Assembly (NCBI GenBank): GCA_934085675.1
Contig: CAKOHH010000001.1
Coordinates: forward strand, 108,562 to 172,561
Source: an uncultured Bacilli bacterium
Lineage (GTDB): Bacteria; Bacillota_I; Bacilli_A; RF39; UBA660
Length of the DNA stretch: 64,000 bases
Reading direction: 5' to 3'
In this document: positions 29,501-38,995 of the stretch, one piece after another
How the letters are laid out: each line of letters starts with the position of its first letter
How positions within the stretch are numbered: position 1 is the stretch's first letter
Made by a program: the position numbers and the translations under genes
Notes under the pieces: generated by a model
What the model saw: the letters and a program-made list of their open reading frames with translations, nothing else
Database searches by the model: none
What the model was told of the DNA's origin: nothing

Positions 29501-31134
29501 GGTACATCAAGTCTTTTGGTTAAGGTTTGTAATTTATGGTTTGGCCAATCAGGATGAAGCATACGAGCTAGGCTCATGGTATCTAAAACGGTCGCATCAA
29601 ATTCTTTTAAACCATATTTATTGCAAGCGGCTTTCATGAAAGAAATATCGAACTTGGCATTATGCGCAACCATTGGAAGGTCCCCTGTCCACTCTAAAAA
29701 TCTTTTTGTGACATTTTCTTCATTATCTTTACCATGAAGCATTTCATCGGTGATAAATGTTAATTCGGTAATCTTTTTAGGTATTGGACGATGGGGGTCT
29801 ATAAGTTCATCAAAACGATCAAGAATCTTGCCATTTTGGATTTTAACGGCGCCAATTTCAATCATTTGGTCAGAACCGGCATAAAAACCTGTCGTCTCGG
29901 TATCGAAAACAACATAGGTATCATCAAGTAAAGAAAAGGTTCTGGGATTAAAAATAAAGTCAACATCGTCATTGACGATATTCATCTCGGCTCCATAAAG
30001 AACTTTAAAACGGTCTTTACCTTCTTTTCCTTTATTATAAGCCTCAACACTATGGAATAAATCAGGGAAAGATTGAACACAGTTATGATCGGTTATAGCA
30101 ACTGCTTTTTGTCCCATCTTTGAAACATAGGAAACAATCTTTGTCGCATCAATAACACCATCCATGGCACTCATCATCGTATGCATGTGAAGTTCTACTC
30201 TTGGTATTTCAGCCTCATCTTTAACAACTTCATCTTGGCTATCAATTTTTTCCATATTACGAACACCTAAAACAAAGTCACGAGCAAAGTTATCATATTC
30301 GACATTTCCTTGAAATCGAAACCACTTACCTACTTTTAAAGTACTCATTACTGCTTGATATTCTTTTTTATCCTTTTTAAAGATTTTTGCCAGTAAAGAG
30401 TTTGTTTTATCACTTATTTTTAAAGTAATAATATTAATATTTTCTCTTTCTAAAGTATCAATGCCAAACACATAGGCTTCTAAAATAACCCCTTTTTGTT
30501 CGCCCATAATATTATTAATAGCTGTTTTTTCCCCATTAATTTCTTTACCAACTATAATATTTCCTTCAATTTTTGGCTTTTCTTCAACTACTTTTGTTTC
30601 CATTTTTTCTTTTTCAATTTCTTCTTGAATACTTTTTTTAAGTTCTTCATTTAAAGATACCGAAAAAGTAATATCCGTGATACCAAAACGTTCTAAGTCT
30701 TCTTCCATATAATAAAACTCTCTTTTTAAATCTTCTTCTTCTGCTTTATTACTTACTTCAAAAGACACATGATTTTCTTTAACTATAGGAGCAGTACTTA
30801 AAACACCACTTAAAGATGGTTTTTTCATTTTATATATTTTTAAAATATTTTCTAAATAATCTTGTAAAGTTTCATCTTTGCTATGATTAAATTTTAAAGT
30901 TATCGTGCAATTTTCTTTACCATGAATTTTATTTTGACAGGCTAAAAGAAGCGAAGAAGCTACTTCATAAGGAAGTAAATTTTCACTTACCATGACCACA
31001 TTAAATAATTTTTTAGCCTTATTTAAATAAACTTTTTCAATTTCAATTTGTTTTAATTCTTCATATTCTTTATCATAAGAAATACTATCTAAAAATCTTT
31101 TTACATCTTCTTGCATAAACACACTTCCTCTCAA
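26590..31134 (-). CDS. polC: DNA polymerase III PolC-type (Gram-positive replicative polymerase with embedded 3'-5' exonuclease)
   Basis: About 1500 aa, PHP domain. Exonuclease motifs (VVFDTETTG ... H..YDAE). Polymerase core and C-terminal HhH region. Confidence 0.95.
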   Translation of the reverse strand: MRGSVFMQEDVKRFLDSISYDKEYEELKQIEIEKVYLNKAKKLFNVVMVSENLLPYEVASSLLLACQNKIHGKENCTITLKFNHSKDETLQDYLENILKIYKMKKPSLSGVLSTAPIVKENHVSFEVSNKAEEEDLKREFYYMEEDLERFGITDITFSVSLNEELKKSIQEEIEKEKMETKVVEEKPKIEGNIIVGKEINGEKTAINNIMGEQKGVILEAYVFGIDTLERENINIITLKISDKTNSLLAKIFKKDKKEYQAVMSTLKVGKWFRFQGNVEYDNFARDFVLGVRNMEKIDSQDEVVKDEAEIPRVELHMHTMMSAMDGVIDATKIVSYVSKMGQKAVAITDHNCVQSFPDLFHSVEAYNKGKEGKDRFKVLYGAEMNIVNDDVDFIFNPRTFSLLDDTYVVFDTETTGFYAGSDQMIEIGAVKIQNGKILDRFDELIDPHRPIPKKITELTFITDEMLHGKDNEENVTKRFLEWTGDLPMVAHNAKFDISFMKAACNKYGLKEFDATVLDTMSLARMLHPDWPNHKLQTLTKRLDVPWDEEKHHRADYDAEGTAICFYKMCKVLNDRNIETTDHLLEEVDMDALVRFSYPFHACVIAKNKVGLKNLFKIISMANTKYLYKNEQPKIPRRDISKLREGLLIGSGCINGEIFDKAGSKEDEELVNMMSFYDYIEVQPISAFEHLIGPERKFQSVYEAEEYLKRIVRVAKEAGKPVVATGDVHNLTKDDKIYREIIVNQKFNGKLHPLNRRGINVPNMYLKTTAEMLDDFKFLGEDLAYEIVVTNTNKIAEMVEEIEVIIDTGGIPFAPKIENSQMIVTEMVYNKAKEWYGEPLPYHIEERIALELYGAPLIDAVKKNASSDEAEIYKRLHDVILKGPESVQEEISLAVLKEEPELSKEEALKKAKDKMTAIIGANFDVIYLIAQKLVKHSNDEGFLVGSRGSVGSSFVANLMGITEVNSLAPHYRCPKCQYSQFNDDNGEPLGNSCKDGFDLPDKKCPKCGTRMHKDGHDIPFQTFLGFNADKVPDIDLNFSDLNQASAHEYTKVLFGVDNVYRAGTIGTVAEKTAFGYVKGYCENKNIIMRNIEIERLAIGCTGCKRTTGQHPGGIVVIPGYMDVYDFSPFQYPADDPTSAWRTTHFEYHAIDQDVLKLDILGHTDPTQLRMIQDLTGDNITEVPLDDKETMSIFTSTKALGVTKEQIMCDTGTLGVPEFGTPFTIQLVKDTKPTTFAELIKISGLAHGTDVWLGNAQELIQKNIVPFAKVIGCRDDIMVELMYGGLEPYTAFKIMEFVRKGKASKDPETWAGYVETMKKANIPDWFIASCQKIKYMFPKAHAAAYVTSAFRIAWYKVHKPLVYYCSYFSTRFQDFDIDVMCKGYDAIKAKMVEIQAKGYDATNKESSLLETLKLALEATARGIKFETIDIEKSDGANFVMDEKENGLIMPFRSLDGLGDSVATQIIKERQEKAFYSIEDFASRGKVNQTTVEKMRSMGIFGSMPETSQLSLFDGVF

Positions 31135-31186
31135 GTTTATAACACTTATTTTTTCTTTTGTCTACTAAAGTAGGCACAATTTGACA

Positions 31187-34126
31187 CTACGACTGCTTTT
31201 TTATACTGTTGATATTAATTTGATAATTAGAAAGACGTCTAGCAACACGACCTTGTATAAAGACAAGATTGCCTTCTTTTAAATCGTCTAACTCTTTCAT
31301 AAGGCTTGGAAAACAAACAAAACTTAAAGAACCAGTTTCATCACTAGCTGTAATAAAAGCCATATCTTCGTTTTTCTTCGTTTTTATTTTTCTTATTTTT
31401 TCTAATAAAACGACACAGCTAACTTGTTTATCATAAAGGCTTTTAACATTTGCAAGTTTACATATATTAGAACCTATAAAAGCACTAGACGGATGATTGC
31501 CTAAATAAAAGCCAAAACTTTCATATTCATCCTGTCTTTTCTCTTCAGGAGTTTCTTCTAATATTACTTTTATTTCAGGTTTTAAAATGAAATCTTCTTC
31601 TAAATCACACGCTAAAGTGGCATAACTTAAAGCATTGTCAATATTGTTTAAAAGAGTTTTATGGTTTAAACCAAACGCATCAAAAACGCCAGCTTTAGTT
31701 AATACTTCCAAAGTTTTTTTATTAAAACCATTTTTAATATTTCTTTTGGTAAAATCATAAAAGTCTTGATATGGTTTGTCTAGACGATTAGAGACGATCG
31801 TTTCACTGGCGACTATTCCTAAGTTGCGAATGATATTAAAAGGTGTCCTTAAAGATGTCCCTTCTATTTGATAACTTGAAGTACTCTTATTAATATCAGG
31901 AGGCAAAACTTTTATTTTATAACGCTTTGCTAAGGCCAAATATTCTTGGGTTTTAATAGTACTATCTAAAGACATGTTTAAAATACTGGTAATAAAGTAA
32001 AGCGGATAATAATATTTTAAATAAGCCATTAAATAGCCCATATAGGCATAAGCAACCGAATGGGATTTATTAAAACCATAGTTAGCAAATTTGCTAATTA
32101 ACTCGTAAACTTCGCTAGCTAAAGTCTTGTCGTAGCCTTTTTGAATAGCTCCTTCGATAAATTTTTCCTGAAACATTTCTATTTTGTCTTTTTTCTTTTT
32201 ACTCATGGCTCTTCTTATAGTATCTGCTTCCGCATAAGTAAAGCCTCCCATCAAACTTAAGATTTGCATAATTTGTTCTTGATAAACAATAATGCCATAA
32301 GTTTCTTTTAAAATGGGCTCTAAATCAGGATGAGGGTAAGTAACTATTTCTTTTTTTTCTTTTCTTTTAATAAATTTAGGAATATTATCCATTGGTCCTG
32401 GTCGATATAAGGCAATGGCATTAATCATATCTTGAAAAGAAGTTGGTTTTAATTGCCTTAAAAAGTTTTTCATTCCTTCACTATCAAACTGAAAAACACC
32501 TAAAGTATCCCCTTCTCTAAAGCATTTTAAAACGTTATCATCCGAAAGATTGATGTTTCGTAAATTGATTTTTTGTTTTGTTTTCTCATAAATTAAATTA
32601 GTGACATTTTTGATGATATCTAAATTCGTAATGACGAGAAAATCCATTTTAAGTAAACCTAAATCTTCTAAGTAATTCATAGTAAAACCTGTTAAGCGTT
32701 CGTTATTTAAGTATCTTACAGGAATCACGTTATCAAGGGGTTCTGAAGAAATAACAACCCCAGCAGCATGAACAGAGATATGTTTTTTTAAGCCTTCTAA
32801 GGCTAAAGCATATTTGGCAAGTTCTTTTAAGCTAGGATTAGCCAAAATCTTTTGCCTAAGTTCTTGATTTTCCAGATTTTCTTTAAGAGTCATTCTCGCA
32901 TCAAGTAACCTTGTAAATGAATCAACTAAAGAAGGATTAATATTTAAGGCTTTACCAACACACCGAATTACCAACCGACTTTTTAAAGTACCAAAGGTAA
33001 TAATATGCGATACATTATCTATGCCATAGCGATTTTTAACATATGTTATAACGTCTTCTCTTCTTTTTTCTTCAAAGTCAATATCAATATCTGGCATGGT
33101 AACCCGGTCAGGATTTAAAAATCTTTCAAAAAGTAAATGATATGGCATAGGATCAATATCCGTAATTCCTAAAGAGTAACTCACTAAAGAACCAACGGCA
33201 CTACCACGGCCAACTCCAACCATAATATCATTTTTTTTAGCAAATAAAACGTAATCATAAACAATTAAAAAATAATCATCAAAACCCATTTTAGAAATGA
33301 CAGACAATTCATAAATAAGTCTATCTTGATATTCTTTAGTGACATTACCCTTAAGTCTTTTAAAAAGACCTTTTTGGGCTAGTTTCTTTAAATATTCACC
33401 TGAATTTTCTTCGGGTAAATATTTAGGAATGTAACGTTTATTATTGGGAAAAATAATATCAATACTTTCAATAAATTCCTTTGTTTTATCATTAAATTTT
33501 TCTTTAATATAATATTCAATGGTATTTTTTTCATAATTTTCAAGTTCAATATCTTCCAAAGAACTATTCTTGGAAATAGCTTCTAAAATTTGTAAAAGTT
33601 TGTTTTCTTTTATAAAGAAAGCTTTAAAATCAGGACAAAAAATAACTTGTTCTGTTTTTATAAGAGCATTATTTTCTTGATTAAATGTTGTATAGCCAAC
33701 ATATAAATGAGAAATATTTTCTTTTAAAAGGTCATAACTATCTAAATATGTAAAAGGTAAAATGATGTTGCATAAAGAAGAATGTTTATAAATATCCTCA
33801 AGGGTTAACTCACCCTTTTCATATAAGGTATTAATTTTTAAAAGGTCTTGATATCCTTCGTAATTTCTAGGGTATATATATAGTCTTATTTCATCAATGA
33901 TTACATCAAGACCAATTAAAGGTTTGATATTTTCTTTTTGTAGGGCCTTATAAAACTCCATAACTCCCGATAGGTTCGTATCACAAATACCACAAGTTTT
34001 TATTTGATATTTTGTTAAAAAAGTCAGTAATTTAGAAATCGTTATTGTACTTTTTAATAACGTATAATCAGTTGTAACCTTGAGAGGTATCATAACACTC
34101 ACCTTCTTTCTTTTGTAGTATATCAT
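31187..34126 (-). CDS. dnaE: DNA polymerase III alpha subunit DnaE
   Basis: 979 aa; PHP and polymerase-core motifs (GVGRGSAVGSLVSY). Confidence 0.9.
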   Translation of the reverse strand: MIYYKRKKVSVMIPLKVTTDYTLLKSTITISKLLTFLTKYQIKTCGICDTNLSGVMEFYKALQKENIKPLIGLDVIIDEIRLYIYPRNYEGYQDLLKINTLYEKGELTLEDIYKHSSLCNIILPFTYLDSYDLLKENISHLYVGYTTFNQENNALIKTEQVIFCPDFKAFFIKENKLLQILEAISKNSSLEDIELENYEKNTIEYYIKEKFNDKTKEFIESIDIIFPNNKRYIPKYLPEENSGEYLKKLAQKGLFKRLKGNVTKEYQDRLIYELSVISKMGFDDYFLIVYDYVLFAKKNDIMVGVGRGSAVGSLVSYSLGITDIDPMPYHLLFERFLNPDRVTMPDIDIDFEEKRREDVITYVKNRYGIDNVSHIITFGTLKSRLVIRCVGKALNINPSLVDSFTRLLDARMTLKENLENQELRQKILANPSLKELAKYALALEGLKKHISVHAAGVVISSEPLDNVIPVRYLNNERLTGFTMNYLEDLGLLKMDFLVITNLDIIKNVTNLIYEKTKQKINLRNINLSDDNVLKCFREGDTLGVFQFDSEGMKNFLRQLKPTSFQDMINAIALYRPGPMDNIPKFIKRKEKKEIVTYPHPDLEPILKETYGIIVYQEQIMQILSLMGGFTYAEADTIRRAMSKKKKDKIEMFQEKFIEGAIQKGYDKTLASEVYELISKFANYGFNKSHSVAYAYMGYLMAYLKYYYPLYFITSILNMSLDSTIKTQEYLALAKRYKIKVLPPDINKSTSSYQIEGTSLRTPFNIIRNLGIVASETIVSNRLDKPYQDFYDFTKRNIKNGFNKKTLEVLTKAGVFDAFGLNHKTLLNNIDNALSYATLACDLEEDFILKPEIKVILEETPEEKRQDEYESFGFYLGNHPSSAFIGSNICKLANVKSLYDKQVSCVVLLEKIRKIKTKKNEDMAFITASDETGSLSFVCFPSLMKELDDLKEGNLVFIQGRVARRLSNYQININSIKKQS

Positions 34127-34171
34127 GGATATTTATGTGTGTAAATAAGGCTATAAAAGAAAAAATTCAAC

Positions 34172-34813
34172 CTATTTTTTAGATTGAATCAAAGTAACGG
34201 CTACTAAAACAATAACAACGCCAATTAGGCCAATGATAATATAATTAACACTTTGAGGATTATTAACAGCATCATTTACGACCGCACCTGTTAAAAAATA
34301 ATCAGAACAATGTTCTATTTCAAAAGTTACCTTGCCATTTTTAACTTCCACATTTTTTGTTATATATTCAATAGTGTCATTATCTGGATTGTAATAATAA
34401 AGATAAAGTTCATCACCATTTTTAAATTCATTTTGAACATCCAAAGTAACCATAGTCTTTAAAGGAAGCGTACCATGATAATCAAAAGAAACAATTAATT
34501 TTTTTTGACTCACTTTATCCTCAATCCTTGAAGCTCCTGTTGTCGTTTCATTTAAAGATAATCTTAAATCTTCATCAATGTATAAACTGTCTTCCACCGA
34601 TATTTTTTTAGCTTTATCTTTTATAAATTGCCAACTATACTCTAAACCTCTTTCATAGTCTTTAATTTCATAAGTATAATAATCATTTGATTCTGTCTTT
34701 GTTATCGAAATATTTTTTTCTAAGGCTTTTACCTCTTTAAACGAAAAAAGAGAAATAGATATCACAAATATTTCTAAAAGACAAAACAGAATTTTTCTTC
34801 CCCTTTTTTTCAT
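34172..34813 (-). CDS. Hypothetical membrane protein (TM segments at both ends)
   Basis: Hydrophobic N- and C-terminal segments; no recognisable domain. Confidence 0.35.
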   Translation of the reverse strand: MKKRGRKILFCLLEIFVISISLFSFKEVKALEKNISITKTESNDYYTYEIKDYERGLEYSWQFIKDKAKKISVEDSLYIDEDLRLSLNETTTGASRIEDKVSQKKLIVSFDYHGTLPLKTMVTLDVQNEFKNGDELYLYYYNPDNDTIEYITKNVEVKNGKVTFEIEHCSDYFLTGAVVNDAVNNPQSVNYIIIGLIGVVIVLVAVTLIQSKK

Positions 34814-34831
34814 GTATCTATCCTCTTTCTT

Positions 34832-35533
34832 TTATTTATTTACAAATAATCCAATTAGAGGTATTAAATTATAAGTAAATTTAATTAACATAACTAAAAT
34901 AATGTTACGATCATTTTTAATATAAATCGTTCCTAAAAGGATAGCTAAAAACACATATGGAAGGACTTGAAAAATATTAGTTGGCGCACCGACAAAAACA
35001 AAGTGCATACCTGTATAAATAACGGTACTTATAATAACAAATAAAATATTATTTGTTAGCACTTTATTTAAGGATTCTCTAAATAATATTTCTTCAGCAA
35101 CAACGCCAAAAATCATCATTTTAAAAATAGTATAAATCATAGATTGATTAGCTAACACTTGAATAGACGCAGTATTATCATCCATTAAAACATTAGAATT
35201 AAATACTTGTGCTAATAAAGCTGTAAAAGCATTTAAAGCAATCATTGTTACAACACCTAATAAAACAATCTTTATAATTCTTCCTGTTTTATATTTTGCT
35301 TTTAATTCTTCTAAATCTTGTTTTAACTCTCCCCTATAGCAAAATATAGCAATAAAAATAAACAATATATCCAAAACAGCCATAATCACTTGACCATTAA
35401 TCATTGGCAATAAAGATATAATTGCTGATGCAAAATAAGTATACAAAAAATAAAGCAAATAAAGCGATACTGTTTTTAGTAGTGTTTCACTTTTAAGCAT
35501 AACTCTCACCTTCTTATAAAATGATTGTATCAT
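34832..35533 (-). CDS. CPBP-family (CAAX protease-like) intramembrane metalloprotease
   Basis: Polytopic; conserved EEILFRE motif (VAEEILFRESL). Confidence 0.6.
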   Translation of the reverse strand: MIQSFYKKVRVMLKSETLLKTVSLYLLYFLYTYFASAIISLLPMINGQVIMAVLDILFIFIAIFCYRGELKQDLEELKAKYKTGRIIKIVLLGVVTMIALNAFTALLAQVFNSNVLMDDNTASIQVLANQSMIYTIFKMMIFGVVAEEILFRESLNKVLTNNILFVIISTVIYTGMHFVFVGAPTNIFQVLPYVFLAILLGTIYIKNDRNIILVMLIKFTYNLIPLIGLFVNK

Positions 35534-35588
35534 TTTTTATTAAATTTTAAAATAATTACTATATATTTTGACAATATTTGACAAAAAA

Positions 35589-35619
35589 GAAATGAACTTT
35601 TCAAAAGTTCATTTCTAAG
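35589..35619 (-). terminator. Rho-independent terminator (14-bp perfect inverted repeat) for the rplU-prp-rpmA operon
   Basis: AGAAATGAACTTTT-c-AAAAGTTCATTTCT. On the minus strand it is followed by a T run. Confidence 0.7.
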
Positions 35620-35751
35620 TATTTTCTAGAAGAAAATTTTCCAAATCCATGACCACATAATATTGTCACACCCTTTCCTATTACATCTAAAGTGTAGCAC
35701 AAATTTTAAGAAAAAACAAGTTGACAAATATTTTACACAGAAAAAAAGTGC

Positions 35752-36039
35752 TTACTTAACTTCGTAAACACTAACTTTTTTCTTATCTTTTCCTAATCTT
35801 TCAAAACGAACAACACCATCTACTTTAGCAAATAATGTGTGGTCTTTACCCATTCCAACGTTTGTTCCTGGATAAATTTTTGTTCCTCTTTGACGATATA
35901 GAATGTTTCCGGCCGTAACCATTTGTCCATCGCTTCTTTTAGCACCTAATCTACGTCCAGCAGAATCTCTACCGTTGTCTGTAGAACCTTGGGCTTTAAC
36001 GTGAGCAAATAATTGAAGATTTAAAACCATTTTTTTCAT
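35752..36039 (-). CDS. rpmA: 50S ribosomal protein L27
   Basis: The [17 protein letters not shown]-terminal propeptide ([26 protein letters not shown]) is typical of Firmicutes L27. Confidence 0.95.
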   Translation of the reverse strand: MKKMVLNLQLFAHVKAQGSTDNGRDSAGRRLGAKRSDGQMVTAGNILYRQRGTKIYPGTNVGMGKDHTLFAKVDGVVRFERLGKDKKKVSVYEVK

Positions 36040-36350
36040 CAGTTATCCCTCTTTCTAATTGCAATATTTTTGGGATAGGACTCCTCAAGTTCATAAAGTA
36101 AATCTACCATATTTTCTAGTAGTTTAGAAGTAACCTCATCCTCGCTTAAAACTGTTAAAACAATATCTTTTTCTTGTGATAGTTCAATTGCTTGATCATT
36201 AAATTTCAAAATAGCATTAACGGTTGTTGTAAGTATTGTTGAAACACCTGCACAAACAATATCTTTACCATAATCATCATACATAGCATGACCATGAAAA
36301 ATAATTTGTTTTAAAGTTTTTCCTTCATTTTTTAAAGTAATTGTAATCAT
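36039..36350 (-). CDS. prp: Ribosomal-processing cysteine protease Prp (L27 N-terminal propeptide protease)
   Basis: 103 aa, sits between rplU and rpmA; GHA..D.....VCAGVS motif. Confidence 0.8.
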   Translation of the reverse strand: MITITLKNEGKTLKQIIFHGHAMYDDYGKDIVCAGVSTILTTTVNAILKFNDQAIELSQEKDIVLTVLSEDEVTSKLLENMVDLLYELEESYPKNIAIRKRDN

Positions 36351-36649
36351 TATTTAACAATTTTCTTAATCGTAACTTTAGTATAAGGTTGTCTATGACC
36401 TTGAGTTTTACGATATTTTTTCTTAGGACGATATTTGAAGACAATAATCTTCTTTTGACGACCATGTTTTTCAACAGTACCAACTACTTTAGCACCTTTA
36501 ACAGTAGGATTTCCAGATTTTCCATCAACAAATAAAACGTCTGTAAATTCTACTTCTGTACCAGCTTCATTAGGTAATTTTTCAACATAGATAGTATCTC
36601 CTTCAGAAACATAATATTGTTTACCACCTGTAACAAATATAGCTTTCAT
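36350..36649 (-). CDS. rplU: 50S ribosomal protein L21
   Basis: 99 aa; [12 protein letters not shown] start. Confidence 0.9.
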   Translation of the reverse strand: MKAIFVTGGKQYYVSEGDTIYVEKLPNEAGTEVEFTDVLFVDGKSGNPTVKGAKVVGTVEKHGRQKKIIVFKYRPKKKYRKTQGHRQPYTKVTIKKIVK

Positions 36650-36810
36650 TTTTTACCTCCTTTATTAATTAAGACACGCCGAAGTAAGGTAACCAAATGG
36701 TCTTTATAACCCAGTTCGTGCGGTTTTATAAAAGCTAATGGCTTTCAAAAACATATATATTCTATCAAATTCCTATATTCCTGTCAAATTAAATATAAGC
36801 AATGATGTTC
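36650..36810 (-). ncRNA. Possible L21 (rplU) ribosomal-protein leader
   Basis: About 160 nt of structured non-coding sequence directly upstream of rplU. Firmicutes are known to carry an L21 leader here. Cannot be verified without a covariance model. Confidence 0.3.
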
Positions 36811-36863
36811 TAAAATTATACCTATGCTATAATACACACGATTTATAGACTAAATTCCTTGGT

Positions 36864-37433
36864 TTAGTTTTTTTTACCTAAATTTTTTGTTCGATAATGC
36901 TTACGACATAAAGAAGTATAAGATTCATTACCTCCCAAAAGAATTTGGCTTCCTTCATCAACCATTTCACCATCAATCACTCTGGCATTCATGATAGCTT
37001 TTTTACCACACCAGCAGATGGTAGGAATTTCTTCAATCACATTAGCAAGTTCTAATAGTCTTTTACTGCCTTCAAATAAGTGACTTTGAAAATCTGTTTT
37101 AAGTCCATAACAAATAACCGGAATATCATAGTCATCCACAATCATTGCTAAAGCATCCACTTGTTCTTCAGTTAAAAATTGGGCTTCATCTACTAAAATA
37201 CAAGCATACCTATAAGGGTTATTAAAAAAGTCATCAAGGAAAGTTTCAACATAAGTACATTCTGCTTCTAAACCAACCCGAGATTTAATCGTCATTTTGC
37301 CATCTCTTTTTTCACAACTTGGCTTTAGAAGAACAATTTCTTGACCTCTTTCAATATAATTATAGCGAACCATAAGCATATTGGCTGTTTTACTAGCCCC
37401 CATGGCTCCGTAACGAAAGTAAAGTTTTGCCAT
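36864..37433 (-). CDS. tdk: Thymidine kinase
   Basis: GAMGASKT P-loop and a C-terminal Zn ribbon (CxxC....C..H). Confidence 0.9.
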   Translation of the reverse strand: MAKLYFRYGAMGASKTANMLMVRYNYIERGQEIVLLKPSCEKRDGKMTIKSRVGLEAECTYVETFLDDFFNNPYRYACILVDEAQFLTEEQVDALAMIVDDYDIPVICYGLKTDFQSHLFEGSKRLLELANVIEEIPTICWCGKKAIMNARVIDGEMVDEGSQILLGGNESYTSLCRKHYRTKNLGKKN

Positions 37434-38815
37434 TACATATCTACTCTTTCATGAATATAAGCTTTTAAATCGTTTAAATCCATCGTGATTTGTTCCATAG
37501 TATCTCTATCACGAACCGTAACCGTATTATTGTTTAAAGTTTCATCATCTACTGTTACACATAAAGGCGTTCCAACGGCATCACTTCGGCGATATCTTTT
37601 ACCAATAGAACCAGCTTCATCATAAGTGCACATAAAGTCTTTTGCTAAATCGCCATAAATTTCCATAGCTTTTTCACTATGATGTTTTTTAATTAAAGGT
37701 AAAATAGTCACTTTTAAAGGTGCTAATACAGGATTAATTTTTAAAACCAAACGTGTTTCATTTTCTAATACTTCCTCTTTATAAGCATCAGAAAGTAAAG
37801 CAAGAACTAAACGATCTAAACCAACAGACGGTTCAATAACATAAGGTAAATATTTTTCATTCGTAACAGGATCTAAATATCTTAAATCTTGTTTAGAATG
37901 TTCTTGGTGAACACTTAAATCATAATCAGTACGATCAGCAATTCCCCAAAGTTCACCCCAACCCATTGGGTATTTATATTCAATATCGGTTGTTGCTTTA
38001 CTATAGAAAGATAATTCTTCTTTTTCATGATCACGGTATCTTAAGTTATCTTTGTTAATCCCTAAATCTTTTAAAAATTCTAAACAAAAACTTTTATAAT
38101 AACCAAACCACTCTAAATCAGTGCCCGGTTTACAGAAAAATTCTAATTCCATTTGTTCAAATTCCCGTGTTCTAAAAGTAAAGTTTCCTGGTGTAATTTC
38201 ATTTCTAAAACTTTTACCTGTTTGACCAATACCAAAAGGAACTTTTGCTCGCATACTTCTTTGAACATTTAAAAAGTTAACAAATATTCCCTGTGCCGTT
38301 TCTCCTCTTAAATAAACTTTACTTTTTGTATCTTCTGTCACACCTTGATGTGTTTCAAACAAAAGATTAAATTGTCTAATAGGAGTGAAATCACAGGCAC
38401 CACAATTAGGGCAAATAATATGTTTGTCTTTAATATAATTTTCTAGTTTTTCAGCATCCCAACCATCACCTGCTTCCGCACCATCAGTAAACTCTTCAAT
38501 AAGTTTATCGGCTCTATGACGAGTTTTACATCTTTTACAGTCAATTAATGGATCAGCAAAAGAAGCCACATGACCACTTGCTACCCAAACTTCTGGATTC
38601 ATCAAAATAGCAGAATCAAGTCCATAGTTGTAAGGATTTTCTTGAATAAATTTTTTCCACCACATCTTACGAACATTATTTTTAAGTTCTACACCTAAAG
38701 AACCATAATCCCAAGTATTAGATAAACCTCCATAAATTTCACTTCCTTGGAAAATATAACCATATTGTTTACAATAATTAACTAACATTTCCATTGTTAC
38801 ATTCATTTTTCTCAT
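37433..38815 (-). CDS. glyQS: Glycine--tRNA ligase (alpha2-type GlyQS)
   Basis: 460 aa class II aaRS. Preceded by a T-box leader. Confidence 0.9.
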   Translation of the reverse strand: MRKMNVTMEMLVNYCKQYGYIFQGSEIYGGLSNTWDYGSLGVELKNNVRKMWWKKFIQENPYNYGLDSAILMNPEVWVASGHVASFADPLIDCKRCKTRHRADKLIEEFTDGAEAGDGWDAEKLENYIKDKHIICPNCGACDFTPIRQFNLLFETHQGVTEDTKSKVYLRGETAQGIFVNFLNVQRSMRAKVPFGIGQTGKSFRNEITPGNFTFRTREFEQMELEFFCKPGTDLEWFGYYKSFCLEFLKDLGINKDNLRYRDHEKEELSFYSKATTDIEYKYPMGWGELWGIADRTDYDLSVHQEHSKQDLRYLDPVTNEKYLPYVIEPSVGLDRLVLALLSDAYKEEVLENETRLVLKINPVLAPLKVTILPLIKKHHSEKAMEIYGDLAKDFMCTYDEAGSIGKRYRRSDAVGTPLCVTVDDETLNNNTVTVRDRDTMEQITMDLNDLKAYIHERVDM

Positions 38816-38995
38816 CCTCTTTCTTTTAAAAAGAAAAAAACTTCTTCAAATAATGTAAGGACGAGCTAAAACCCGCGGTTCCACCTTACTTATTCAAAGA
38901 AGAATCCCTTTTATTTATATAGCTCCAGTTTTCCACACCTTCATCGCTTGTATGAATTAATTATATAATAGTAACCATTAAAAGTTCAAGCATTT
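38816..38995 (-). promoter_or_regulatory. T-box riboswitch leader of glyQS, plus its promoter (TTGAAC-N16-TATATAAT)
   Basis: The minus strand contains AAGGTGGAACCGCGGG, matching the conserved T-box sequence AGGGTGGNACCGCG (+ strand 38866-38881). The promoter sits immediately 3' of the upstream gene's stop codon. Confidence 0.7.
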